From assembly GCA_963666975.2 (NCBI GenBank), contig CAXVYR010000004.1:384001-448000 (forward strand): a stretch of 64,000 nt of DNA. The letters are read 5' to 3'. The notes under the pieces were generated by a model. The model saw only the letters and a list, made by a program, of their open reading frames with translations. It had not been told where the DNA came from and ran no database searches. The position numbers and the translations under genes are program-made. This stretch comes from Terriglobia bacterium. GTDB lineage: Bacteria > Acidobacteriota > Terriglobia > 2-12-FULL-54-10. Shown here one piece after another: positions 39,503 to 47,903 of this stretch. Each line of letters opens with the position of its first letter. Position 1 is the first letter of the stretch.

Positions 39503-40180
39503 ATGACACGGAAAATAACAGAGGCAAGGAAACTGATTTCAGTGAATGTTGGACTCCCGCGCGCGGTGGAATGGAAAGGCAGGATGATCACAACGGGAAT
39601 CTTCAAGGACCCGGTGGAAGGCCGCACCACCTTACACCGCCTCAATCTCGACGGCGACGGACAGGCCGACTTGACTGTTCACGGGGGGCCCGACATGGCG
39701 GTCTATGCATACCCGGCTGAACATTATGTCTACTGGCGACAGGAATTGCCGGGCATGGATCTACCCTGGGGAATGTTCGGGGAAAATTTTTCCACCGAGG
39801 GACTGCTGGAGGGATCCGTCAACATCGGCGACCGATTCCGCATCGGCACGGCCGAGGTTCAGGTTACGCAGCCACGCGTGCCTTGCTACAAACTGAGTCT
39901 CAGGTTTAGACGCGACGATATAATCAAGAGATTTCTTGCCAGCCGGCGCACCGGTTTTTACCTTCGAGTCTTGCAAGAAGGAGAGGTGGCTCCCGGCGAC
40001 CCCTTCGAGCTGACGAGCCGAACCGGAAGCAATGTCACTGTCGCGGATATTACCCGGCTGCATATGAAAGAAGATGTCAACCCCGACATCTTGCAACGAG
40101 CCCTTGAGCTCGAAGCGTTGTCCTGGAGTTGGCGAAAGCGCTTCCAACAACGGCAAGCGAAGCCGGTGGGCCCAGCTTAG
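39503..40180 (+). CDS. MOSC-domain protein (YiiM-like, with 3-alpha domain)
   Basis: GDGQADLTVHGG, FGENF, QPRVPCYKL, RTGFYLRV. Confidence 0.9.
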   Translation: MTRKITEARKLISVNVGLPRAVEWKGRMITTGIFKDPVEGRTTLHRLNLDGDGQADLTVHGGPDMAVYAYPAEHYVYWRQELPGMDLPWGMFGENFSTEGLLEGSVNIGDRFRIGTAEVQVTQPRVPCYKLSLRFRRDDIIKRFLASRRTGFYLRVLQEGEVAPGDPFELTSRTGSNVTVADITRLHMKEDVNPDILQRALELEALSWSWRKRFQQRQAKPVGPA

Positions 40181-40336
40181 AGCAATTTCACAAATGGTGT
40201 AGACCGTCCGAGCCGCGACAGTTATGGAGCGGCCATCCAGCGATGATCGGCCAACCAACGTTTCGTGGTCGCTCCTTTACAGTCGCGGCTCGGATTTCGG
40301 ACCGTGCGAGTCTACACCATTTGTGAAAACTGTATA
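40178..40336. mobile_element. MITE-like element with 19-bp perfect inverted repeats and an internal REP doublet
   Basis: TTTCACAAATGGTGTAGAC (40186-40204) and GTCTACACCATTTGTGAAA (40310-40328); TA at both ends; internal 29-bp IR at 40207-40235/40266-40294. Confidence 0.8.
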
Positions 40337-40396
40337 GAAGAACCAAAGAGCCGCATCGTGGTTTTAACGTCTGGGTTTTAACGCCTGGAGGCATTT

Positions 40397-41218
40397 ATGA
40401 CAGTTAACTTACTAGTTTTTCTGGCGATTGGGCTGCTGACGGCCTTTGGCTGCTCTACACTAACACCTGAAGTGAAACAACCCGAACCTGGAAGAGAAAT
40501 CGTAGCGCGAATGATTGAAGCGCACGGCGGGTTGGAGAAATGGCGGTCGGCGTCGACAGTGAGCTTCGAGGCTGCTTTGCTCCCACCTGGGGCCGACTCC
40601 CCTGTGGTTCATCGCGTGACAGTGGAGCAGGGGCCACGCCGTGCCTATCTGGATTTCCCCGGGATGGGCGCGCGGATTTCCTGGGACGGAGAGAAGGCAT
40701 GGAGTGAAAACTGGCAAGGTCCTTTTCCGCCCCGGTTCTTTGCGCTCCTCAGTTACTACTTCATGAACCTCCCATGGCTTGCGGCAGACCCCGGGGTGAA
40801 CCTCAGCGAGCCGGGGACAGGCATGCTCTGGGATGATCCGACCGAATACATCACAGTGAAGATGACTTTCGGGCCGGGCGTGGGTGATACGCCTGAAGAC
40901 TACTACATTCTGCACATCGACCCGGACAGCTACCGCCTGAGGGCAGCCGAGTTGACTGTTACCTATGCCGCCGTCCTACCGCCCGGCGTCGATGTGATGA
41001 CGGAAATTATCGTTTACGAAGAGTTCGCCACCGTGGATGGGCTTACTGTGCCGATGAAAAGCTCAATTTACGGCAAAGACGGCTCGTCCCTGGCGTCCTT
41101 CCCGGAGCTGAGGGACTGGTCATTTAGTAAGCCATTCGATGAATCGAGGATGGTGATGCCACCCGACGCGGTGCTCGATACGTCTAGCCCAACCCGGCCA
41201 GCCGGGACAGCGAAGTAA
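40397..41218 (+). CDS. Hypothetical lipoprotein (DUF6503-like)
   Basis: Lipobox LTAFGC; IEAHGGLEKW; YFMNLPW; VGDTPEDYY. Confidence 0.72.
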   Translation: MTVNLLVFLAIGLLTAFGCSTLTPEVKQPEPGREIVARMIEAHGGLEKWRSASTVSFEAALLPPGADSPVVHRVTVEQGPRRAYLDFPGMGARISWDGEKAWSENWQGPFPPRFFALLSYYFMNLPWLAADPGVNLSEPGTGMLWDDPTEYITVKMTFGPGVGDTPEDYYILHIDPDSYRLRAAELTVTYAAVLPPGVDVMTEIIVYEEFATVDGLTVPMKSSIYGKDGSSLASFPELRDWSFSKPFDESRMVMPPDAVLDTSSPTRPAGTAK

Positions 41219-41242
41219 AAGGGGGAAACCAACCAGCTAACG

Positions 41243-41344
41243 GATGAAGAGATAGCCAAGGCGGCGCTGTTTTTGGCGTCCACGGATTCGTCCTACATGC
41301 TCGGAGCCGAACTGGTGGCGGATGGCGGCAGATCGCAGCTTTAA
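41243..41344 (+). pseudogene. C-terminal remnant of an SDR oxidoreductase
   Basis: DEEIAKAALFLASTDSSYMLGAELVADGGRSQL*, the classic SDR C-terminus; N-terminus absent. Confidence 0.8.
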
Positions 41345-41427
41345 CCGGCAACGGGTGGCCGACCGCGACGCCGGAGTAGTTACGAGAGTTAAGAGATTTA
41401 CTGACAATTCTACTGGAGGAGAAAAAT

Positions 41428-41751
41428 ATGTCTCTTTACGGAATTTATGGGAGCCACACTGTCGAAGCGTGCCCCGTCAACAATCTGGAAAATGCAAAAA
41501 AGCTGGTTTCTTTCGCGGAGAGTGATCCCACCCCGCTCCTGGCGAAGCATCGAATCCACAACGTTCTGGGTCAGTATCACTCGGCCTTTGAACATACGTT
41601 CATTTGGATCGTGGATGCAGATGACCCGCATTTGATCGAGGAGTTTGCCCTGGAGACAGGTCTTGCTTCGTTCAATAAGCTGACAATCGTACCGCTCAAG
41701 AGTCTTAGCGAATGGGTCATCCCGCGGCTTAAAAAAGTGCATGGCTTATGA
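41428..41751 (+). CDS. Small hypothetical protein (HTVEACP motif, possible metal/redox ligand)
   Basis: GGAGGAG RBS, intact 107-aa ORF. Confidence 0.7.
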   Translation: MSLYGIYGSHTVEACPVNNLENAKKLVSFAESDPTPLLAKHRIHNVLGQYHSAFEHTFIWIVDADDPHLIEEFALETGLASFNKLTIVPLKSLSEWVIPRLKKVHGL

Positions 41752-41807
41752 ATTAACTGGTCGAGAAGGTCGAGAAAAATAAGCGTCGGGTTCGCCGACA
41801 TGCGGGT

Positions 41808-42944
41808 CTACTGCTTGAGCCGGAGCGCCTTGCGAGTGATGGTAGTAACCGGAAGCCGGCTCATCTGGCGCGGGGAAACCCAACGCTCCCGAGGCTCGAC
41901 GACCCGGCGATCCATCCGGGCCGCGTAGACAGCCACATGCAGTTTGTTGGATGTGATCGTGTGCTGTACGTGCCCGAGCAAGCTGCCCAGTCGAATTCCA
42001 TCGCGGGGCTCGGTTTTCCGATGGGCAGGAGAGTTTTTCCGGCTGTTCTCCTCCCACAGGGGCAACTCCCAGAACCCTCCCATCCATTTCGCGGTGCGCG
42101 CCCTGCGAACCAGTAACACTCGGCCCGCCGGGTCGAGCGCCAGAGCCGTTGTGAATCGGCGCGCCACGGGTTTGGACTTGCGCCTGACCGCCGGGTATCT
42201 CTCCACTTGATTTCGCCGAAAGGCCAAGCAATGGCTCCGCAGCGGACACTGTTGGCATCGTGGCTGCCTCGGCAGGCAGAGGGTCGCCCCCAATTCCATG
42301 AAGGCTTGGTTGCAGTCGCCGGGCCGCCGCCGGGACAAGAGCGCATCCGCCAAGTGCCTGCGAACTTGCTTGCCACGGGCAGTTTGAGGATCATCCGGCA
42401 ATGCGTACAAGCGCGCCAGAACCCTGGCAACATTGCCATCCAGGACCGGGAGCGGGACCCCGCAGGCGATGCTGAGCACGGCAGCAGCGGTATACTCGCC
42501 GACACCGGGCAACCGGAGCACGGCCTGGAGGTCCGTCGGAAACGAACCTCCGCATTCGCGCACAATCATCTGCGCCGCCTTCTGCAAGTTTCGCGCCCGC
42601 GAGTAGTAACCCAAACCGCTCCAGCACGCCAGCAAGCGTTGCTCGTCCGCTGCGGCCAATGCTTGCACATCCGGGAAAAGGCGGAGGAATCGCTCATAGA
42701 ATGGAACAACCGCCTGCACGCGGGTCTGCTGGAGCATGATCTCGGAAACCCAAATCCGGTACGGGTCGAGCGTCTTTCTCCAAGGAAGGCTCCGCTTGTG
42801 AAGGTCATACCACTTGAGAAGCTTTTGCCGAATTTGACTCTCTGCCTTGCTTTTCCCGACGGAGCTTGCCAAGCTTCTTGTCGAGTTTTGTGTTTTTGGG
42901 TTTGGCGTTTTTTGGTTTTGCGTTGGTTTCGTAACGCGGCTCAT
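41808..42944 (-). CDS. mutY: A/G-specific adenine glycosylase
   Basis: WVSEIMLQQT, WSGLGYYSRARNL, LPGVGEYT, DGNVARV, C-x6-C-x2-C-x5-C 4Fe-4S motif. Confidence 0.95.
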   Translation of the reverse strand: MSRVTKPTQNQKTPNPKTQNSTRSLASSVGKSKAESQIRQKLLKWYDLHKRSLPWRKTLDPYRIWVSEIMLQQTRVQAVVPFYERFLRLFPDVQALAAADEQRLLACWSGLGYYSRARNLQKAAQMIVRECGGSFPTDLQAVLRLPGVGEYTAAAVLSIACGVPLPVLDGNVARVLARLYALPDDPQTARGKQVRRHLADALLSRRRPGDCNQAFMELGATLCLPRQPRCQQCPLRSHCLAFRRNQVERYPAVRRKSKPVARRFTTALALDPAGRVLLVRRARTAKWMGGFWELPLWEENSRKNSPAHRKTEPRDGIRLGSLLGHVQHTITSNKLHVAVYAARMDRRVVEPRERWVSPRQMSRLPVTTITRKALRLKQ

Positions 42945-42974
42945 ACCAGATACACGCTCCGATGAAAACCTGTG

Positions 42975-44384
42975 TTACAGACTTTTCAGCCAGCGCGCCA
43001 GCGGCGCAGTGGGAAGGCCGGGCTGCATAAAGCGTTGCGGGTTTCCCGCCGCCTCGGTGACTAATTCTGCGGCTCGGTATCCGCTGCGAACCGCGCCCTC
43101 CATGGTCGGAGGCCACCCGGTCGCCGTCCAGTCTCCCGCCAGGAAAAAATTCTCAAAGGGAGTCCTCGCGCCCAGCCGAAGCGGGTCCAGCCCCGGCTGG
43201 AGCGATACGGTGGCTTTTGCTTCCTTCACAACAATAGACTTCACCAGTTCCGCCTTCCGGCTGAGAGGAAATAGCTCGTGGAGTTCCCGGAGCGCCATCG
43301 ACAGAATTTCATCCTGCCGCATCGTCAGCAAACCCCGCGATGCGCTGACCACCAACTGGATGTATTGAGGTGTTGCAGAACCCTGTTGACTCTCTCCCTG
43401 TTTTCTTCCAATTCGGGAGCGGTTGAAGACCCACTGAATGGTACGGCCAAGCACCGTAACATGGTCGAGTTCCATGACAGGCCGGTCAAACCACAGATGG
43501 ATTCCCGTGATCGGCGACCACTCTGGCTTTCGCAGCTTGTCCAGTTCCGGCCACAACTCCGGCCACTGCTCCGGGAGTTTTTCCGGAAACAGGCTGGCCA
43601 GGGCGTCGGGCGGAAGCGCGCTGATGTAATAGTCCGCCCTCTTCTCTCCGCCGTTTTGCAGATGGAGGCAGACGACCCGTCCCGCCTTCGATTGCACCCC
43701 GGCTACGTGCGTCCGAAGCTGCAAGGAACATGTTTCACTGAGAATCTTGCTGGAATAAAGCTCGCTCAAGGGAACCACCGGGACTCCCATGCGATATCCG
43801 CGGCGGTTGCTGAGAAAAGCCTCCACAAACACATGGAATGCGTAGCGGCTGGAGAGGTGTTCCAGGTCCTCGTTCAGGGCGCTGGTCAAAACCACGCGCC
43901 AAAAATTTTCAATGGCCGCGCTGGTCTGCCTTTGTTGCTTTAGCCAATCCATCATGGGCTGGCCGTCCTGAGGCTCGCGGTCCCGGAGAACGGCGAGCAT
44001 GGCCCGGGCGATGCCCCAGCGGTCCCGCCACCCGAGATCACGAAAGCGCAACAGCGACGGGAGCAAGTGAAATGGGGCCGGAAGTCCCGATGCGCTTATC
44101 GAGGAAAGCCCGCCGGGACCCAGGAAGAGGAAGCTGTCATAAAAGCGGAATTTCTCAGCCGCTCCGATGCGCCGGAAAAAATCCAGCAGGTTGGTGCAGC
44201 AGCCGAGCAGCACGTGCTGGCAGTTATCGACCGGCTCGATCCCGCCCGCCGGGATAAAAGACGAAGCGCGGCCTCCCAGCACCGGACGCTTCTCCAGAAT
44301 CTCCACCTGAAACTGAGCTTCCGCCAAGCAGGCAGCGGCAGCGAGCCCCGCCAGCCCGCCTCCTAGAATGATAACCCTTGGAAT
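42975..44384 (-). CDS. hpnE: Hydroxysqualene dehydroxylase HpnE (FAD-dependent)
   Basis: RVIILGGGLAGLAAA lies upstream of the track start; LGGRASS, DNCQHVLLGC, AGDWTATGWPPTMEGAVRSG; apparent ATT start at 44384. Confidence 0.9.
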   Translation of the reverse strand: MPRVIILGGGLAGLAAAACLAEAQFQVEILEKRPVLGGRASSFIPAGGIEPVDNCQHVLLGCCTNLLDFFRRIGAAEKFRFYDSFLFLGPGGLSSISASGLPAPFHLLPSLLRFRDLGWRDRWGIARAMLAVLRDREPQDGQPMMDWLKQQRQTSAAIENFWRVVLTSALNEDLEHLSSRYAFHVFVEAFLSNRRGYRMGVPVVPLSELYSSKILSETCSLQLRTHVAGVQSKAGRVVCLHLQNGGEKRADYYISALPPDALASLFPEKLPEQWPELWPELDKLRKPEWSPITGIHLWFDRPVMELDHVTVLGRTIQWVFNRSRIGRKQGESQQGSATPQYIQLVVSASRGLLTMRQDEILSMALRELHELFPLSRKAELVKSIVVKEAKATVSLQPGLDPLRLGARTPFENFFLAGDWTATGWPPTMEGAVRSGYRAAELVTEAAGNPQRFMQPGLPTAPLARWLKSL

Positions 44385-45271
44385 TGTTGCCTCTCCAGCT
44401 CGCGCCCTGCCTTATGACGGAGCCACATCCGGACGCCCCGAAGCACCACCCCTATTTTCTCCATTTCCGTCAGCGCAGCATCGCGCGCGAACACGTTGCA
44501 TTCATTCCGCTCGATGCTTCTCAGGATGCCGCGGTAGATGGCAATCAAGGCCCACAGGGCGGGCCGGCTCTCCGGCTCCACCATCTCGATCAAAGGATAG
44601 GTCCTTTCATAGAAATTTTGGGCGCGGGCGATCTGGAATCGCATCAAACCGAAGAACTCCCGGTTGTAGACGCCCGCTGTCAATTGTTCCGGCGAATACT
44701 CGAAGCGTTCCAGGTCCTCCAACGGAAGATAGATCCGGCCGCTGTTGGCGTCCTCGCGGATATCCCGCAGAATATTCGTCAACTGAAAAGCGATGCCGCA
44801 TTCCTCAGCCAGTTTTTTCGCCGCCGGGTCCCGGAACCCCAAAATATGCAGAGAAGCCAGGCCCACCACCGACGCCACCCGGTAGCAGTATGGATAGAGA
44901 TCGTCAAACGTCCGGTAGGAGCAGATGGAAAGGTCCATCTCGGCGCCGGTAATCAGGTCGTAAAAAAACTCCGGAGGGATGGAGTAGCGCCGGACGGCGT
45001 CGTGAAACGCGGGGAGAATCAAACTGTCGCCGTAGTCGCTGCCCAGCGCTCGTTCCAGCGCCTGCCGCCATTCCTGCAAGCGGGCTGCCTTGTCGGAAAC
45101 CGCGTCCGCGCCATCGGCCACGTCGTCACAGTAACGCATGAAGGCATACACGGCGCAGAATGCTTCGTGGCGCGGCTTGGGGAGCAGCAGGAAGCCGTAA
45201 TAAAAATTCCGCGCCCGCTGCCGGGTCAGCCGCCGGCAATAATCGGAGGAAGCTGCGAGGAGGGTTGGCAT
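44363..45271 (-). CDS. hpnD: Presqualene diphosphate synthase HpnD
   Basis: NFYYGF, YAFMRYCDD, YCYRVASVVG, FQLTNILRD, GRIYLP; start set at ATG 45271. Confidence 0.9.
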   Translation of the reverse strand: MPTLLAASSDYCRRLTRQRARNFYYGFLLLPKPRHEAFCAVYAFMRYCDDVADGADAVSDKAARLQEWRQALERALGSDYGDSLILPAFHDAVRRYSIPPEFFYDLITGAEMDLSICSYRTFDDLYPYCYRVASVVGLASLHILGFRDPAAKKLAEECGIAFQLTNILRDIREDANSGRIYLPLEDLERFEYSPEQLTAGVYNREFFGLMRFQIARAQNFYERTYPLIEMVEPESRPALWALIAIYRGILRSIERNECNVFARDAALTEMEKIGVVLRGVRMWLRHKAGRELERQQFQGLSF

Positions 45272-45272
45272 T

Positions 45273-46214
45273 TCACCTGCCCTTCCGGCGGGAAAACATT
45301 TGACCGGCCAGAACCGATACCAGCAACAGAGCCTTTTCCCCCTGGCCGAGCACGGGACGCCGGGCCAGTACATTGTAGTTTTGCCGTTCGATGCGTTTCA
45401 ATAGTTCCATTCCCGCGCGGCTGAACAGCTCCAAGTCCACCGCCAGCCGGACGCCTACCTGCGAGGCCAGCGGCAGGCCTTCCCTAAACAACTTCCATGT
45501 GCGCTCGACTTGCTCCTTCAGCAGGGCAACAAAATTCCCGTTATACCGAGAATGCGCCAGATCGTCCTCCGAGTACCCATGCCGGGCCATGTCGTCCAGC
45601 GGCAGGTATATCCGCCCGATGCGGAAATCCCGCCTGACATCCTGCCAGAAGTTGGCCAGTTGCAACGCCGTGCAAGTGCAGTCGGAAAGCCTCTTCCGCT
45701 CCGGGTCGCGATATCCGCACAGGTGGAGGACAAGCTGGCCCACCGGATTGGCCGAATAGCGACAGTACCCCAGAAGCTGCTGAAAATTCCGGTAGCGCGT
45801 CTTTGTTTGGTCCTGCCGGAAGGCGGTGATCAAATCCAGAAACGGTTGCTGGGGAATCTCGAATTGCTCGATTGTCTCCCGCAAGGCTACAAACACCGGA
45901 TGCCGGACGCGGCCCCGGTAACAATCCTGCAACTCCTCTTCCCACCGGTCCAGAAGAAACAGCGCACGGGCCCGGTCGCCGGTCTCGTCTCCCAAGTCGT
46001 CGGCCCAGCGGCAGTAGGCATACACCGGATAGAAGTGGACCCGCAGCTCGCGGGGAAGCAGCAGGCTGGCGATGGGAAAGTTTTCGTAGTGACCCCGGAC
46101 CAACTGTTCACAATACTGACGGGCTTGGCCGAGCGAAGGCGGCGAAGCAGGAAGTTCGCCCGTCCAGTCTGCGGGCTGGGAGGCGATGGCGGGGAAGGAC
46201 AGCTCGGCTCTCAT
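45273..46214 (-). CDS. hpnC: Squalene synthase HpnC
   Basis: HYENFPIAS, YAYCRWADDLGDE, YCRYSANPVG, LQLANFWQDV. Confidence 0.92.
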   Translation of the reverse strand: MRAELSFPAIASQPADWTGELPASPPSLGQARQYCEQLVRGHYENFPIASLLLPRELRVHFYPVYAYCRWADDLGDETGDRARALFLLDRWEEELQDCYRGRVRHPVFVALRETIEQFEIPQQPFLDLITAFRQDQTKTRYRNFQQLLGYCRYSANPVGQLVLHLCGYRDPERKRLSDCTCTALQLANFWQDVRRDFRIGRIYLPLDDMARHGYSEDDLAHSRYNGNFVALLKEQVERTWKLFREGLPLASQVGVRLAVDLELFSRAGMELLKRIERQNYNVLARRPVLGQGEKALLLVSVLAGQMFSRRKGR

Positions 46215-46252
46215 TTCTCAAGAAACGGACGACCGGGAACTCCGGGCCGTCC

Positions 46253-47293
46253 TCAGGGAAGGATCGCCGTTTTCAGGTCGCCGTTGCGGTTTGCCATGCG
46301 CCGCAGCAGCTCGGGGAGACCGCTCAAGGGCGCCTCGCCGGTAATGAAGTCCCGGCTGCGTATCTCGCCGCGGCTGATCGATTCCAGGGCTTTCCGAATA
46401 TATTTTGGGGTGTGATGAAAGCTGGCCTTCAAAGTGATTTCCGAGTAATGCAGCAGGGACGTGTCGAGCTGGACGGTGCTGCCGCTGGGACAACCCCCGA
46501 AGAAATTTACCGTTCCGCCCCGGTGAACCATATTGGCAGCCCACTCCCAAGTCTGTGGCGTGCCGACGGCTTCCACAGCAACGTCAGCGCCTCCGTTGCG
46601 GGTTAATTTGCGAACCTCCGCCACCACATCCCCGGCGAGGGTGGCATCCACAATCTCGTCCGCCCCCATACGCTGGGCCGCCACAAGCTGGCTGCGTCTT
46701 TTTCCTACCGCAACCACCCTGGCGCCTTTCAGCTTTGCCAGACGGATGAACATCAATCCGACGGGCCCCATGCCGATAATGGCCACAACATCGTTGCGTT
46801 GCAGTCCGGTTTCTTCCAGCCCGCGCAGCACGCAGGCCAGGGGCTCCACTAGGGCGGCGTCGACAAAATCGATGTGGCCCGGAATTTCCAGCAAATTCTG
46901 CCGGACAATGGGACCCGGGATGCGAATGTACTCCGCGTACGCTCCATTGTTAAACAGCAGCCGATCGCAAAGGTTGGCGCGGTCCCGTAGGCAATAACGG
47001 CATTCCCCGCACGGAGCGGAGTTGGCGGCAACCACCCGCATCCCTGTCCGAATATTCCGGACCTCCGGGCCGACCTCTTCCACTACACCCGCCAACTCAT
47101 GTCCGAAAATCGCCGGGGGGGTGATCATGCGGGCATGATATCCCTGACGATATACTTTGAGGTCTGTTCCACAGGTCAGGGCAGCCTTGATCCGAATCAG
47201 CACTTCGTCGGGACTCAAGGTGGGAACGGGCACCTGTTCGACTTTCAGGTCTTCTTTGCCGTACAGAACGGCGGCTGTCATTCTCCTCGTCAC
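46253..47293 (-). CDS. Zinc-binding alcohol dehydrogenase (hopanoid-cluster associated)
   Basis: CGTD, GHE, CxxCxxC, VEPLACV, GMGPVG. Confidence 0.9.
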   Translation of the reverse strand: MTRRMTAAVLYGKEDLKVEQVPVPTLSPDEVLIRIKAALTCGTDLKVYRQGYHARMITPPAIFGHELAGVVEEVGPEVRNIRTGMRVVAANSAPCGECRYCLRDRANLCDRLLFNNGAYAEYIRIPGPIVRQNLLEIPGHIDFVDAALVEPLACVLRGLEETGLQRNDVVAIIGMGPVGLMFIRLAKLKGARVVAVGKRRSQLVAAQRMGADEIVDATLAGDVVAEVRKLTRNGGADVAVEAVGTPQTWEWAANMVHRGGTVNFFGGCPSGSTVQLDTSLLHYSEITLKASFHHTPKYIRKALESISRGEIRSRDFITGEAPLSGLPELLRRMANRNGDLKTAILP

Positions 47294-47383
47294 TGTTATT
47301 CTTACCTCACAGGGCCCCGCAGAATCAGCGGGGTTGATTTAGCTCCTGAATAGACTATGCACCGCCCAGCGGAGAGATTCGGT

Positions 47384-47647
47384 TTATCCTGAACCCAACG
47401 CCGCGGCCAGCCCGCCGGCCGCCCGGCGGGAACTCCCTGCGAGCCTCCATAAATCTTTCACTCCACTGAGGCTCCGGATTCCCTCCCGGACAATATTCCA
47501 CCCAGATAACTTTTCATGCTCTCTCTGACAGCGCTCAAAGTCAATGGAAATACTCTGTTCCACCGAATCTGTAATGGACTTGATAGCGCAAAAGGGTACT
47601 CCCCCCAGGAGGGCGGCACGGGCCACTCCTGCTGATTCCATATCCAC
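47384..47647 (-). pseudogene. hpnG: C-terminal remnant of nucleoside phosphorylase-like hpnG
   Basis: VDMESAGVARAA...VPFCAIKSITD, the PNP/MTAN DMES motif; N-terminal half missing. Confidence 0.75.
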
Positions 47648-47725
47648 CCAGTTGAGACCGGTGCCGAGATAAGCGGGCATCTTACGGTTGAGAAAATCCA
47701 AAATAATCTTCCCCGTCGACGTCGG
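47642..47725 (-). pseudogene. hpnA: Internal remnant of hopanoid-associated epimerase hpnA
   Basis: PTSTGKIILDFLNRKMPAYLGTGLNWVD, matching the HpnA PTPTG..I.DFL...MPAY.DTGLN.VDV motif. Confidence 0.82.
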
Positions 47726-47903
47726 ATTCCAGCGAGATATCTGCTTCGAGTTCTCCCACCCAGAAACCTTCCGGATACTGCAAGGAAAGCAGATCGTCGA
47801 GAGACGCTGCAATGGATTGGGGGAAGGGGGATAACCCCGGTTTCACGGGGCAAGAAGCGCTGATCTTTCCATCCGAACACTTGAGCGCCGTCGTGATGCT
47901 CAT
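47721..47903 (-). pseudogene. shc: N-terminal remnant of squalene-hopene cyclase
   Basis: ATG overlaps the ispH stop; SIAASLDDLLSLQYPEGFWVGELEADISLESD contains the first QW repeat and GELEAD motif, then similarity stops after ~60 aa. Confidence 0.85.

Noticed and set aside
47384-47812. 142-aa ORF as a genuine novel fusion protein
   Set aside because: Out-of-frame shc sequence plus hpnA and hpnG fragments lacking their catalytic cores; better explained as a scar.
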